Positions 1 through 10,914 of a stretch of DNA of 64,000 bases are shown here, piece by piece (the stretch's first letter is position 1; each line of letters opens with the position of its first letter). Source of the DNA: Terribacillus saccharophilus (GTDB lineage: Bacteria > Bacillota > Bacilli > Bacillales > Amphibacillaceae); assembly GCF_046592595.1 (NCBI RefSeq), contig NZ_JAWVPF010000002.1:430985-494984 (forward strand), written 5' to 3'. Position numbers and translations under genes: made by a program. Under the pieces are notes generated by a model, which did not search any database, was not told the origin of the DNA, and saw nothing but the letters and a program-made list of their open reading frames with translations.

Positions 1-3000
1 CGGAACACTTCCGTGAATTCTGTTTTAATCTTATTGAACACATCTTCGAACAGACGCTTCATTTCTTCATCCATTTCGTCAATTACAGCAAGCAATGTCG
101 ATTTCGCCTGATAAAGGTCATCCTTTTGTTCGGTAAGGAAGCTGTATCTTTCATTAATCCGGTCAAATTCCTCGATTGCACCTACATTGACGCTGCCAAG
201 TTCCGAAATGGCACGTTTGATCAGCTTCACTTCTGTCCGGGCAGTTTCGATATCTTCTGCTCTTCCAAATGTCGCCAATGCTTTTTCGAAGGACAGGGAG
301 TAGCTTTGCTGCAAATTCATCAGGCGGTTCTCCAGCTCCACATCCAAACGGTTGGAGCGGACTTCCTGATCTTGTACTTGCTGTACCAGATTCTGATGGA
401 GACGATTCGCTTCTTTGACAGACACCTCTTCTTCCTGCACCCAGTCATAGCGCTCCTGCCGTTCAGCTTTACGCTCCTCGATCAAGGTTGTCGTCTGTTG
501 TTTGTGCTGCTGCTTCACTGTGATCAGCTCAGCGATTTCTTCCTCTGTCTGGCCTTTCTCGCCAACTTCGGCCATTTGCTGCAGCACTCGCTGCTGCTCC
601 TCATACTTCTGTTTCGTCAGATCCAGCTGCTCGGTGAACTCACGGAGACGCTGACGCTGATTTTCAAGCTTCGCAAGGCTTTCTGCCGAACGTATCTGCA
701 GAGCCTGGTGTTCTTCCCGTTTAATTTCCTTTGTTTGCTGCCATGCCTGGTGGGCTTCTGTCAGCTCACTGATCTCCTGCTGTATATCCTGGAGCTTGAG
801 ATCCAAACCGGCAAGTTCAGCCTGCAGCTGCTCGATGCGCTTTTCCACTTCTTCCCGTTCTGCGTCATACTGCGCATTGTCCTGGTCATACATGGTGAGG
901 TTGTCATTGGCATGCATAAAGCGGATACTCGTCTCGGTAAATGCTGCCTGGAGCTCCTGTTCTGCTTCCTGCAGCTGCTTCAAGGTATGCCGGGTTTCCT
1001 CAGCTGACGTCTCCAATTGCTGAAGTTCCTCTTTCAGCTGGGCAACCTTACGTTCAAATACTTCTGTTCGCGCCTGGAAATCAGATAATTTCTCTGTTAC
1101 TTCCTGCATTTCCTTTTCTCTCGTAAACAGAGATTGACTGTTGCGCTTTTGCGCTCCCCCTGTCATAGATCCACCTGGATTTACGACATCACCTGTCAGC
1201 GTAACGACGCGGTATCTTCTGCCAAGAGCGGCAGCAATCGCATTGGCATGCTGCAGGTCTTCTGCAATGACCACATTTCCTAAAAGGAAATCGACTGCCC
1301 GCTTGTACTGCGGATCAACCTGAATGAGATCTGCCGCAATACCGATGAATCCTTCCCTATTAGAAGCATTCCCAAGCACATTCACCGGAATCTGTTTCGG
1401 CTGAATCGATGATAGCGGCAAGAATGTCGCCCGGCCATTATGCGTTTGTTTCAGCCAATTGATTGCCTGACGGGCACTCGCCTCTGTATCAACCACGATA
1501 TGCTGTGCTTGTCCTCCCAGGGCGGTTTCCATCGCAGTGACGTACGCAGACGGTACATCGATCAGCTCGATGACAGCACCCTCGATACCTTCAAGCTTTT
1601 GATCCTGGCGCGCTTTGAGGACTGCTTTTACCCCTTGGAAAAATCCTTGAAACTCCTCTTTCATTTCCTGCAGCATCTCCTGCTTGGAACGAAGCTTCTC
1701 AATATGCTGGTAGCCAGTGTACAATTTGCTCTGTGCTTCCTGATACTGCTCCCGTTTCTGCGCAGCTTCCATCCGCAGTGAATCTGCTTTTTCCTCAGCC
1801 TGTTCGCGGCTTACGGTTGCATCTTTCAAACTTGCAGCCAATTGTTCTCGTTTTTCACTGATTTCATCACGATTCAAAACGACATCTTTATATTTGGTTC
1901 GCTGCCGTTCTTTTTTTGCGTCGATGCCAGTGAGCTGCTGTTTGAGTGAGTTTGTTTCATTGCGTTTGGCAGCTTGTTCATTCAGCAAATCGATGTAATC
2001 ACTTTTCTTTTCTTCGATTTGTTCACTCAGATCTTCCTGTGTTCTGGATAACTGTTTATCCAAAGACCGCAAATCTGATTTGATTGTTTTATTCTCTGTA
2101 TCCAATGCATCCAGGGCTGCTTGCTCCTGCCCGAGCTGTTTCAGCTGCTGACCCAGCGTAATTCCAAGCTGTTCTGTGTCTTTTTCCAGCTTTTCTTTGT
2201 TTTCTGCCAGATGCTTGGAGCGCTCATTCAACAGCTGTTTCTTGCCTTCCAAATTCTCAAGCTCTTGTGTCACGATCAGTAAGGAGGCTTGCAGTTCGTC
2301 AATAGAAGCATCCAGCGCATGCAATTCTGTCTTCTCCGACACCAGCAGCTGTTCTTTTTCTCCTATCGCCTGCTTCTGGATTTCAAGCTCACGTTTGTTC
2401 ACTTCAAGCTCCTGAAGTACCGCTTGCCACTCCTTATGTAATTGCTCGATTTCAGCAACAAGCAATCCGATTTCGACATCTTTCAGCTGTGCTTTTTTCT
2501 CCAGAAAGTCTTTCGCAATTGCAGCTTGCTCACGTAATGGTTCCAGCTGCCCTTCAATTTCATACGTGATATCTTCAACTCGGTTTAGATTCTCCTGTGT
2601 TTCTGCCAGCTTATATTCAGCCTTCTTCTTCCGCTGCTTGTATTTCAGTACACCAGCAGCTTCTTCGAAGATAGATCGCCTTTCTTCCGGTTTGGAGCTC
2701 AGGATCTCCTCTACCTTTCCTTGACTGATGATGGAGAAGGCTTCCCTTCCTAAACCGGAATCCATGAACAAGTCAATGATGTCCTTCAGACGGCAGCTTT
2801 GGTTATTGATCAAAAATTGGCTTTCTCCCGAACGGAATACCCGTCTGGTCACACTCACTTCCTGATACTCCAGCGGTAACGTCTGATCGGCATTGTCCAA
2901 TACAAGTGTCACTTCCGCCACATTTAGCGCTTTTCTCGTATCGCTGCCCTGGAAGATGATATCTTCCATCTTGGATCCTCGCAGACTTTTTGCCGACTGC

Positions 3001-3149
3001 TCGCCTAATACCCAGCGGATGGCATCGGTTATATTACTTTTCCCGCTTCCATTCGGACCCACCACTGCCGTTACACCTGGTACAAAGTCAAGTGTCACTT
3101 TTTCGGCAAATGATTTGAATCCGACGGTTTCTAATCGTTTCAGGAACAT
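1..3149 (-). CDS. smc: Chromosome condensation ATPase SMC. The N-terminal ~1050 aa are in the window; the gene continues past the left edge.
   Basis: Minus-strand ORF open to the window edge. The N-terminus MFLKRLETVGFKSFAEKVTLDFVPGVTAVVGPNGSGKSN carries the SMC Walker A motif, and the body is long coiled coil. An RBS GGAGA sits 6 nt upstream of the ATG at 3149. The + strand ORFs at 126-2415 are antisense artefacts. Confidence 0.9.
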   Translation of the reverse strand, partial: MFLKRLETVGFKSFAEKVTLDFVPGVTAVVGPNGSGKSNITDAIRWVLGEQSAKSLRGSKMEDIIFQGSDTRKALNVAEVTLVLDNADQTLPLEYQEVSVTRRVFRSGESQFLINNQSCRLKDIIDLFMDSGLGREAFSIISQGKVEEILSSKPEERRSIFEEAAGVLKYKQRKKKAEYKLAETQENLNRVEDITYEIEGQLEPLREQAAIAKDFLEKKAQLKDVEIGLLVAEIEQLHKEWQAVLQELEVNKRELEIQKQAIGEKEQLLVSEKTELHALDASIDELQASLLIVTQELENLEGKKQLLNERSKHLAENKEKLEKDTEQLGITLGQQLKQLGQEQAALDALDTENKTIKSDLRSLDKQLSRTQEDLSEQIEEKKSDYIDLLNEQAAKRNETNSLKQQLTGIDAKKERQRTKYKDVVLNRDEISEKREQLAASLKDATVSREQAEEKADSLRMEAAQKREQYQEAQSKLYTGYQHIEKLRSKQEMLQEMKEEFQGFFQGVKAVLKARQDQKLEGIEGAVIELIDVPSAYVTAMETALGGQAQHIVVDTEASARQAINWLKQTHNGRATFLPLSSIQPKQIPVNVLGNASNREGFIGIAADLIQVDPQYKRAVDFLLGNVVIAEDLQHANAIAAALGRRYRVVTLTGDVVNPGGSMTGGAQKRNSQSLFTREKEMQEVTEKLSDFQARTEVFERKVAQLKEELQQLETSAEETRHTLKQLQEAEQELQAAFTETSIRFMHANDNLTMYDQDNAQYDAEREEVEKRIEQLQAELAGLDLKLQDIQQEISELTEAHQAWQQTKEIKREEHQALQIRSAESLAKLENQRQRLREFTEQLDLTKQKYEEQQRVLQQMAEVGEKGQTEEEIAELITVKQQHKQQTTTLIEERKAERQERYDWVQEEEVSVKEANRLHQNLVQQVQDQEVRSNRLDVELENRLMNLQQSYSLSFEKALATFGRAEDIETARTEVKLIKRAISELGSVNVGAIEEFDRINERYSFLTEQKDDLYQAKSTLLAVIDEMDEEMKRLFEDVFNKIKTEFTEVF

Positions 3150-3284
3150 ACTCATTCTCCTATATTGAAAGCTTATCGCTTATTTCTGCATTGTTATTGG
3201 TTTTTCTTTTGTTTTTAACTTATTTATTTTATCATAAAGTAAGGGTACATAATAGGTATCAATTACGTCAAAGGAGGCTCGCCT

Positions 3285-3506
3285 ATGAAGCTCGAACAAG
3301 CATCAGAGGAGAACCTGTCCATCCTGATTAATGGCATTGCCGACCGGCTCGTTGTCGTCAACCGTGCCATCATGCAGCCAGAGGACTACAAGCTTGAGAA
3401 GTACCATGATATTAAGTTCTTATATGATCATATCGAATCAAAAGGACAGCTAAGTGTCTCGGAGACAGAAGCATTCATCCAGGAGCTGGCGAACTACCGA
3501 AAATAG
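3285..3506 (+). CDS. Small conserved protein, UPF0435/DUF1128-like, 73 aa.
   Basis: Strong RBS AAAGGAGG 7 nt upstream. The C-terminal motif PEDYKLEKYHDIKFLYDHIESKGQLSVSETEAFIQEL resembles the DUF1128 family (YfkK-like). A terminator follows. Confidence 0.55.
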   Translation: MKLEQASEENLSILINGIADRLVVVNRAIMQPEDYKLEKYHDIKFLYDHIESKGQLSVSETEAFIQELANYRK

Positions 3507-3546
3507 AAAAAACGGCGGAGACTGACTTGTTCTCCGCCGTTTTTTC
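3507..3546. terminator. Bidirectional intrinsic terminator serving the DUF1128 gene (+) and rnc (-).
   Basis: Hairpin ACGGCGGAGA...TCTCCGCCGT, flanked by an A-run on the 5' side and TTTTTT on the 3' side. Confidence 0.8.
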
Positions 3547-4229
3547 TATTTTGTTAAAGATTCCAACGCAATCCGGGCAGCCTGCTGCTCTGCTTCCTTT
3601 TTTGTCCGTCCTGTTCCAGTTCCGACAAGCTCTCCCTGAACCTTCAGCTCTGCAACGAATTCACGACTGTGGGCAGGACCTCTTTCATCAACGATCGTAT
3701 ACGTGATCACTTTATCTTTGTCCTGCTGGATAACCTCCTGCAGCCTGCTCTTATAATCCATCGCATGTGAAAAAGCACCTTGACTGATTTTTGGGAAGAC
3801 GATTTTTTCAAAAAATCCGAGTACCACATCGAAATCCTGATCAAGATACAAAGCACCGACAAATGCTTCGAACACATCTGCCAGCAATGCAGGACGTGTT
3901 CTGCCTCCTGTGCGCTCTTCGCCTTTTCCAAGCAGCACATATGTACCAAGATCCATTTCTTTGGCGAACAGTACGAGGGATTCCTCTCTGACGATAGCAG
4001 CGCGTAACTTCGTCATATTCCCTTCCGGCATGTCAGGATAATGCTTGTACAGAAATTGTGATACACCAAGCTCCAATACAGCATCGCCGAGGAATTCCAA
4101 ACGTTCGTTATCCGTCTTCTTCAGGTGACGATGTTCATTCACATAAGATGAATGGGTCAAGGCATTCTGCAATAAAGCTTCATCGTGGAAATGAATCCCA
4201 AGCTTCTCCTGCAGTGTATATAAGCTCAT
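3546..4229 (-). CDS. rnc: Ribonuclease III.
   Basis: [22 protein letters not shown], and a C-terminal dsRBD ending [14 protein letters not shown]. The start is moved to [11 protein letters not shown] (ATG at 4229, RBS GGGGA) by alignment to B. subtilis Rnc. Confidence 0.9.
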   Translation of the reverse strand: MSLYTLQEKLGIHFHDEALLQNALTHSSYVNEHRHLKKTDNERLEFLGDAVLELGVSQFLYKHYPDMPEGNMTKLRAAIVREESLVLFAKEMDLGTYVLLGKGEERTGGRTRPALLADVFEAFVGALYLDQDFDVVLGFFEKIVFPKISQGAFSHAMDYKSRLQEVIQQDKDKVITYTIVDERGPAHSREFVAELKVQGELVGTGTGRTKKEAEQQAARIALESLTK

Positions 4230-4322
4230 TCTGCTGTCCCCACTTTCCAATTGTTGTGATGATGCGGAGAAAGTCCCGCCTACAAAGTGACGGGACTTTC
4301 TCCTATGCATCTTATTTAAATC

Positions 4323-4556
4323 TTACTGTTTGCTGTTTATGTAGTTTACAGCGTCGCCAACAGTAGCGATTTTTTCCGCATCTTCATCAGAAATTTCCAT
4401 GTCGAATTGATCTTCCAATTCCATAACCAATTCCACAACATCAAGGGAATCTGCTTCTAGATCTTCTTTGAAAGAAGCCTCTAGTGTTACTTTGGATTCG
4501 TCTACATCAAGACGATCAATAACGATTTGTTTTACTTGCTCGAATACATCTGCCAT
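4323..4556 (-). CDS. acpP: Acyl carrier protein.
   Basis: 77 aa with [19 protein letters not shown], the phosphopantetheine-attachment motif DSLD. Confidence 0.95.
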   Translation of the reverse strand: MADVFEQVKQIVIDRLDVDESKVTLEASFKEDLEADSLDVVELVMELEDQFDMEISDEDAEKIATVGDAVNYINSKQ

Positions 4557-4623
4557 AGGAAATTCACCTCCCTTCAGTATTATAGGACATATTGTCCCGG
4601 AAAACTACAATTTTTTCATTGTC

Positions 4624-5364
4624 TTACATCACCATGCCGCCATCGATGTGCAGCGTTTGGCCTGTCATGTAGTTACTATCCTCGGATGCAAGGAAACGAA
4701 CGACACGGGCAACGTCTTCCGGCTTGCCTGGTTTACCCAGCGGAATCATGCTTTGCATTGCCTGCTTCTGCTCATCTGTCATCTCATCCGTCATATCAGT
4801 CGTGATGAATCCTGGAGCAACTGCGTTCACTAGAACGTTTCTCGCAGCAAGCTCTTTGGCAGCCGTTTTCGTCAAACCGATGACTCCTGCTTTTGCAGCG
4901 ACATAGTTGGCTTGTCCAGGGTTACCGCTGACCCCAACAATGCTCGCTACGTTGATGATACGGCCAGCCTTTTGTTTCATCATTTGACGAGTTACTGCTT
5001 TCGTGCAAAGGAATACACCTTTCAAATTCGTCTGGATGACTGCATCGAAATCTGCTTCCTTCATACGCATCAGCAGGTTGTCCCGCGTAATACCAGCGTT
5101 ATTCACTAGTATGTCCAAACTTCCGAATGCTTCAATAGTCTGCTTGACCATATCTTTTACGCTTTCTTCTTCTGCTACATTCGCCTGGATTACGATCGAT
5201 TCCTGCCCAAGGGCACGGATTTCCTCAGCAACGGCCTCTGCCTTTTCTTTGCTTCCGGAATAATTTACCGCTACATTCACTCCATTGCGCGCAAGTTCCA
5301 GCGCGATTTCTCTGCCAATCCCGCGGGATGCACCAGTAACGAGTGCTGCTTTACCTGATAGCAT
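4624..5364 (-). CDS. fabG: 3-oxoacyl-ACP reductase.
   Basis: SDR motifs TGASRGIG and NNAGITRD, with a YxxxK active site. The start at MLSGKAAL has RBS AAGGAGGA and overlaps the fabD stop (TAATG). Confidence 0.9.
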   Translation of the reverse strand: MLSGKAALVTGASRGIGREIALELARNGVNVAVNYSGSKEKAEAVAEEIRALGQESIVIQANVAEEESVKDMVKQTIEAFGSLDILVNNAGITRDNLLMRMKEADFDAVIQTNLKGVFLCTKAVTRQMMKQKAGRIINVASIVGVSGNPGQANYVAAKAGVIGLTKTAAKELAARNVLVNAVAPGFITTDMTDEMTDEQKQAMQSMIPLGKPGKPEDVARVVRFLASEDSNYMTGQTLHIDGGMVM

Positions 5365-6314
5365 TATGCTTCCTCCTTGTACCACGTCAAGAATGCTTGC
5401 AATGATTCCGGATCTTGTACGTTGAAAGTTGTTGTACGGCGGTTGATTTTCTTCACTAATCCGCTAAGCACTTTTCCTGACCCCACTTCTACAATGGCAT
5501 CCAGTTCATCATTTTGAAGCATATTGACAACAATCTCTTCGAAACGGACCGGAGAGTATAACTGCTGTACGAGCAGCTGCTCGATTTCTTTTTGATCCAG
5601 TACTTTTTCTGCTGTTACGTTTGCATAAACCGGTATGGATGCATCAGCTTTCTCCACGTCTGCCAGTACAGATGCGAATTCTTCTGCAGCCGGCTTCATC
5701 AATCTGGAATGGAACGGACCGCTCACGTTTAGCGGAAGCACACGTTTAGCTCCAGCTTCTTTCAAAAGAGGCTCGGCAAGTTCGATACCTTTTTTCGTAC
5801 CGGAGATAACGATCTGACCAGGGCAGTTGATATTCGCAGCATCGACAATTTCGCTATGCTCCTTATCAACAGTCTCAAGAACGGCCTTGATGTCGTCCAA
5901 ACTCAAGCCTAATACTGCAGCCATTGATCCTTCTCCTGCCGGATAGGCTTTTTCCATCAGCTGGCCGCGCTTGTTAACGAGCACAGCAGCTTCTTCTGCA
6001 CGGAATACGCCCGCCGCAACAAGTGCACTGTATTCTCCTAAGCTGTGTCCGGCCGTAACGACTGGTTTGACACCCTCATTCTGCAATACTTGGTAAATAG
6101 CAGCACTTGTCAAAAGCAATGCCGGCTGAGCATTTTCTGTTTTCGTCAGCTCTTCTGCCGGACCCTCGAACATCAAAGGTGTAATAGGCTGCGGCAATAA
6201 TTCGTCCGCTGCCTGGAAAAGACTTTTTACCTCGTTATATTCGTTGTACATCTCCTGAGCCATGCCCACTGCTTGTGAACCTTGTCCAGGGAATACAAAA
6301 GCTACTCGTTTCAC
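5364..6314 (-). CDS. fabD: Malonyl-CoA:ACP transacylase.
   Basis: FPGQGSQ and [10 protein letters not shown] motifs. Confidence 0.9.
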   Translation of the reverse strand: MKRVAFVFPGQGSQAVGMAQEMYNEYNEVKSLFQAADELLPQPITPLMFEGPAEELTKTENAQPALLLTSAAIYQVLQNEGVKPVVTAGHSLGEYSALVAAGVFRAEEAAVLVNKRGQLMEKAYPAGEGSMAAVLGLSLDDIKAVLETVDKEHSEIVDAANINCPGQIVISGTKKGIELAEPLLKEAGAKRVLPLNVSGPFHSRLMKPAAEEFASVLADVEKADASIPVYANVTAEKVLDQKEIEQLLVQQLYSPVRFEEIVVNMLQNDELDAIVEVGSGKVLSGLVKKINRRTTTFNVQDPESLQAFLTWYKEEA

Positions 6315-7324
6315 TTAACGTCCTCCTCGTCCTGTTTCATGCTCTGTATCGTATCTTTGATGATTCCTGTTACATTATTTTCTGCCATTTGTTTGGTCTG
6401 ATGGATTGCAACTTGGATGGCACGCGCATTGGAGGAACCATGCGCCTTCACAACTGGTGCAGCAAGACCAAACAATGCAGCGCCGCCATACTCCGCATAT
6501 TCTGTGCTTGCTTTAAGTTCCTTCAATTCTGGTTTCATCATGCCAGCAGCAAGCTTTGTTTTCATATTCTTCAAGAATGCCTTCTTAATGATCGAGAAGA
6601 ACATGGTTGCTGCTCCTTCAGTTGTTTTCAGCGCAATATTGCCGCTAAAGCCGTCCGTCACGACAACATCAAAATCCCCGGAAAGAAAATCCCGTCCTTC
6701 TACATTACCAATAAAGTTTATTGGTGCCTTACTTAAAAGCTCGAAAGCTTTCTTCGTAAGATCATTGCCCTTCCCTTCTTCCGTACCTACGTTGAGCAAT
6801 CCTACGCGAGGATTTTCTATCCCGCGAACTTTTTCCGCATAGATGGAGCCCATCACGCCGTATTGCAATAGATGGTTTGCTTTAGCATCAATATTGGCGC
6901 CAACATCAAGCAGGACAAATCCTTTTCCATCCACTGTCGGAAGAGTTGGAGATAGTGCCGGACGCTCAATGCCTTTAATACGGCCGACGATCATCAGACC
7001 GGCTGTCATCAGTGCACCTGTATTTCCCGCAGAAACACAAGCATCGGCACGGCCTTCTTTCACTTCCTGAGCAGTAAGTACAAGTGACGATTGCTTTTTG
7101 CGCCGGATAGCCCGGACAGGTTCGTCGTCAGCAGTAATGTACTCCTCTGTATGTATGATCCGGATATTAGCCGGACGGATTTCACCTAAATGAGGCTCAA
7201 TCTTGCTTTGATCCCCAACCAGTGTCAGCTCCAAGGATGAATCCTCTTTGGCTGCGAGCACGGCACCTTTGACAATCTCTTCCGGTGCATTGTCGCCGCC
7301 CATTGCGTCAATTGCAATTCGCAT
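6311..7324 (-). CDS. plsX: Phosphate acyltransferase PlsX.
   Basis: [15 protein letters not shown]-terminus. Position in the fapR-plsX-fabD-fabG-acpP cluster. Confidence 0.9.
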   Translation of the reverse strand: MRIAIDAMGGDNAPEEIVKGAVLAAKEDSSLELTLVGDQSKIEPHLGEIRPANIRIIHTEEYITADDEPVRAIRRKKQSSLVLTAQEVKEGRADACVSAGNTGALMTAGLMIVGRIKGIERPALSPTLPTVDGKGFVLLDVGANIDAKANHLLQYGVMGSIYAEKVRGIENPRVGLLNVGTEEGKGNDLTKKAFELLSKAPINFIGNVEGRDFLSGDFDVVVTDGFSGNIALKTTEGAATMFFSIIKKAFLKNMKTKLAAGMMKPELKELKASTEYAEYGGAALFGLAAPVVKAHGSSNARAIQVAIHQTKQMAENNVTGIIKDTIQSMKQDEEDVK

Positions 7325-7327
7325 AAC

Positions 7328-7897
7328 TTATTTCCCTTCTTTGACGCTCGAGCGGAACATCTCGAACGTTCCTTTGAATACTTCTTCTTGATCAACAGCA
7401 CTATCCACTTGGATGACCGTCCGCTTCCTATCCTGTCTAATTACCTTAGCTTTGGCTACTACCCGCTCATGGAGTTTCACTTGTCTGGTGAAGGTGATTT
7501 CTGAATGGAAGGTGAGTGCGAACGGGTCATCGATCAGCGCAACAGCCAAGGAATTGGCCTGCGCAAACAGATGATGCCCTCTGGCAATCTGGTTCCGTGT
7601 GAAAACATGCTCTGGTTTTATATCCAATATACTGATCGCCCGTTCATCCAGCTCCAAATCGATGATTTCTCCGATTACCTCATCAATATTCATAGATTTC
7701 ACGGTTTCATCCCACTGAGAATTAGCGACGTGCTTAATTCGTTCCCGCAGCTCCGGAATCGTCAGCTCCATACGATCCAAGCGGATTGTCTGTATGCTGA
7801 CTGCGAATTTCTTCGCCAATTCCTCATCTGTTATGAACGGTGTTTTTTCAATCGTTTCACGCAGTAAGTCCTGTCTGTCTTTTTTGCTTCTTCTCAT
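7328..7897 (-). CDS. fapR: Fatty acid/phospholipid biosynthesis regulator FapR.
   Basis: Aligns to B. subtilis FapR over its full length ([40 protein letters not shown]). The start is [10 protein letters not shown] with RBS GGTGGAGAA. Confidence 0.85.
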   Translation of the reverse strand: MRRSKKDRQDLLRETIEKTPFITDEELAKKFAVSIQTIRLDRMELTIPELRERIKHVANSQWDETVKSMNIDEVIGEIIDLELDERAISILDIKPEHVFTRNQIARGHHLFAQANSLAVALIDDPFALTFHSEITFTRQVKLHERVVAKAKVIRQDRKRTVIQVDSAVDQEEVFKGTFEMFRSSVKEGK

Positions 7898-7972
7898 TTC
7901 TCCACCGCCAAAATTAAGACTAGGTACTAAAAGTAATATATAATAGCAGACCAGAATTTGCAACAGCCGTTT

Positions 7973-10018
7973 TTAGTCAAGCACATTCCCATTCAGCGCA
8001 AACTCTGTATCCAGCGCTTGTAATAAATTGCGATAAGCAGGGTCATTTTCCAGTCTTTCTTCTGCAATGATTTCTTCTGCATCCTTACGCGCAGTTTCAA
8101 GTGCCCGGTAATCATGCACCATATCGCCAACCTTGAATTCTGGAATACCGCTCTGCTTTTTACCGAAGAAATCACCTGGACCCCGCAGCTGCAAATCCTG
8201 TTCGGACAGCTCGAATCCATTCGTGGTTTCCGTCATGATACGCATACGCTCTTTTCCTATTTCACCTTTTGGCTCAGCAATCAATATACAGTAACTTTGT
8301 GCATCTCCACGACCTACACGCCCCCGGAGCTGATGCAGCTGGGATAACCCGAAACGCTCAGCATCATAGATGATCATAAGCGTAGCATTCGGAACATTCA
8401 CCCCGACTTCCACTACTGTGGTGGAAACAAGAACTTGGGTTTCATTCTCTGCGAATTGCTTCATAACCGCATCTTTTTCATCAGAAGGCAAGCGTCCATG
8501 CATGAGGCCAACACGAATATCAGGCTCAAAGACAGCTGATAGCATTTGATGCAGATCGACTGCATTCTGGATGTCCAGCTTGTCCGACTCCTCTATCAGC
8601 GGACTTATGACGTATGCCTGATGTCCAGCTGCCACTTCCTTCCGAATGAAATCCAGTACCCGATCTATCGTATTTTCTTTTACCCAATATGTTTCTATTT
8701 CTTTACGTCCAGCTGGCATCTCATCGATAGCCGATACATCCATATCACCGAATGCTGTGATGGCCAGTGTCCGCGGAATCGGAGTAGCAGTCATGAACAA
8801 AACATCCGGATGAAGCCCTTTATCCCGAAGTGTTCGTCGCTGCGCAACGCCAAATCGATGCTGTTCATCGACTATAGCAAGTGCAAGATTTTTATAGTGT
8901 ACTTCATCCTGAATCAGCGCATGTGTTCCAACAACAATGTCCACCTCGCCATTTACTATCTGTTCCAGGACAGCTTTCCGGCGCTTGCCTTTGACACTGC
9001 CAGTGAGCAGCGCAACTGTTGCAAAACCATCCAGCATACTGGATAAGGACTGTGCATGCTGTTCTGCTAAAATCTCGGTCGGAACCATGATGGCACCCTG
9101 TTTACCTGCTGTAACAGCCGCATAAAGCGCAACGGCTGCAACAGCCGTTTTACCGGAGCCAACGTCCCCTTGTAACAGACGGTTCATCCGGTAAGGAGAA
9201 TGGAGATCACGCATAATATCCTTCAGCACACGCTGCTGTGCATTCGTCAATGTAAAAGGAAGCGTTGCTACAAAACCTTGTACCTTTTCTTTATCATAAG
9301 CTAAGCTTCCACCAGCGGACGCTTCCCTTTTTTGTTTTCGAATAAACTGCATTTTCAGCTGGAACAGCAAAAATTCTTCGTATGTGAATCGTCTCCGAGC
9401 ATGAGCCAGCGCCTTTCTGTCAGGAGGAAAGTGCATATAATGCAATGCTGTTTTTCTATCTGGCAATTTATACGAAGCTAAAAATGATTCGGGCAGAATT
9501 TCCTCAATGTCCTCATCATACTGTTCCAGCGCCTGTTTTACACTTTTTTGCAGCTGTCGTACTGTCACTGTACCTTTCACACCGTAGACAGGCTGCACTG
9601 GTGTCAGCTCGTCTGCTCCGCCGACTTTGAAGTTACTGACAGTAAGCTGCAGACGATGCTGGTCCCATTTCCCTGTCATCGTCACCTTCTTGCCAGGCAT
9701 CAGCTGCTTTTGGGCAAATGCACGATTGAACATGATCGCCTTCACTGCAACATTCTCAACCAACAGGGTTACAGTTAGTTTGTTCTTTTTCCGCCCGTAA
9801 TATTGCACTTGGGCCGGTGAGGCGATCTCACCTTCAATCGTCACTTTATCATCATGAATCAGTTCAGCTAACGGCTGGACATCGAAAACGTCATACCGAT
9901 ACGGCAGATGAAAAAGGAGATCTTCGACTGTGAAGATCCCCATATTCGCCAATCCTTCCGCAAGCTTCGCACCGATCCCCTTGACTTGATCAACCGGTTG
10001 CTTCAGCACATTCCTCAC
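7973..10018 (-). CDS. recG: ATP-dependent DNA helicase RecG.
   Basis: Helicase motifs GDVGSGKT, DEQHRFG and a C-terminal RecG domain. Synteny. Confidence 0.9.
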   Translation of the reverse strand: MRNVLKQPVDQVKGIGAKLAEGLANMGIFTVEDLLFHLPYRYDVFDVQPLAELIHDDKVTIEGEIASPAQVQYYGRKKNKLTVTLLVENVAVKAIMFNRAFAQKQLMPGKKVTMTGKWDQHRLQLTVSNFKVGGADELTPVQPVYGVKGTVTVRQLQKSVKQALEQYDEDIEEILPESFLASYKLPDRKTALHYMHFPPDRKALAHARRRFTYEEFLLFQLKMQFIRKQKREASAGGSLAYDKEKVQGFVATLPFTLTNAQQRVLKDIMRDLHSPYRMNRLLQGDVGSGKTAVAAVALYAAVTAGKQGAIMVPTEILAEQHAQSLSSMLDGFATVALLTGSVKGKRRKAVLEQIVNGEVDIVVGTHALIQDEVHYKNLALAIVDEQHRFGVAQRRTLRDKGLHPDVLFMTATPIPRTLAITAFGDMDVSAIDEMPAGRKEIETYWVKENTIDRVLDFIRKEVAAGHQAYVISPLIEESDKLDIQNAVDLHQMLSAVFEPDIRVGLMHGRLPSDEKDAVMKQFAENETQVLVSTTVVEVGVNVPNATLMIIYDAERFGLSQLHQLRGRVGRGDAQSYCILIAEPKGEIGKERMRIMTETTNGFELSEQDLQLRGPGDFFGKKQSGIPEFKVGDMVHDYRALETARKDAEEIIAEERLENDPAYRNLLQALDTEFALNGNVLD

Positions 10019-10905
10019 TCTTTCCCTTTGTTTATCCCATAAATCATATCTGCCAGTCGGCGCCCTGTCGGCGTGGCAGCCAAACCTCCTTCGGCTGTTT
10101 CCCGAAGCGCTGATGGCATACTCTTGCCAATCCGGTACATTGCTCCGATCACTTCATCACAAGGTATTCTGCTTGTCACACCTGCCAGCGCCATATCAGC
10201 TGATACGATTGCATTAGAAGCACCAGCTGCGTTTCGTTTGATACACGGTACTTCCACCAAACCAGCGACTGGATCGCATACAAGACCCAGCATATTCTTT
10301 AATGTAATCGCAAATGCTTCGGCACTTTGTTCTGGTGATCCACCGGCCATTTCCACGACAGCTGCACTAGCCATCGCGGCTGCAGAACCTACTTCAGCCT
10401 GACAGCCGCCTTCAGCACCGCTGATGGATGCATTGTTGGCTACCACGAATCCAAATGCACCTGCTGTGAACAAGAAACGGATCATTTCTTCCCGAGTCGG
10501 ATTTAATCTTTCTTTCACAGCAAATAAAGCTCCCGGCACACAGCCGGCACTACCTGCTGTCGGTGTGGCGCAAATCATGCCCATCGCTGCATTTACTTCG
10601 TTGGTTGCAACAGCCTTGCTTACGGCATCCAAAAGCAGATTGCCAGAAAGTGTGTTGCCTTTAGCCATATATTGCTGAAGCAAAACTGCATCATTTCCCG
10701 TCAGACCAGAGTGGGATGTTACACCTTGCAACCCCCGTTCCACTGCTTCCTCCATGATTACCAGATTCCGCTCCATCTGTCCCATTACTTCCTCGCGGGA
10801 ACGTTGATGCACATCCATCTCCTGGCGAATCATCACCTCTGATATGGAAATACTGTCCGCCTTTGCTTGTTCAAGCAATTCCGCTACGTTGCGAAACATA
10901 TTCAT
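10015..10905 (-). CDS. sdaAA: L-serine dehydratase alpha subunit.
   Basis: Resembles B. subtilis SdaAA. The start may be M3 (MFRNV). Confidence 0.85.
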   Translation of the reverse strand: MNMFRNVAELLEQAKADSISISEVMIRQEMDVHQRSREEVMGQMERNLVIMEEAVERGLQGVTSHSGLTGNDAVLLQQYMAKGNTLSGNLLLDAVSKAVATNEVNAAMGMICATPTAGSAGCVPGALFAVKERLNPTREEMIRFLFTAGAFGFVVANNASISGAEGGCQAEVGSAAAMASAAVVEMAGGSPEQSAEAFAITLKNMLGLVCDPVAGLVEVPCIKRNAAGASNAIVSADMALAGVTSRIPCDEVIGAMYRIGKSMPSALRETAEGGLAATPTGRRLADMIYGINKGKE

Positions 10906-10914
10906 TCCTCCTGT

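Noticed and set aside
126-2415. + strand ORFs (126-1007, 1440-1781, 2176-2415 and others) overlapping the smc region.
   Set aside because: They are antisense to a gene with a clear SMC N-terminus and continuous coiled-coil reading frame on the - strand. They have no RBSs and are low-complexity L/Q/S-rich translations typical of coiled-coil antisense.
4557-4623. Palindrome GGACAATATGTCC plus TATAAT upstream of acpP as a possible FapR or other operator.
   Set aside because: The -35 spacing is unconvincing and it does not match the FapR box I recall. It is left uncalled.
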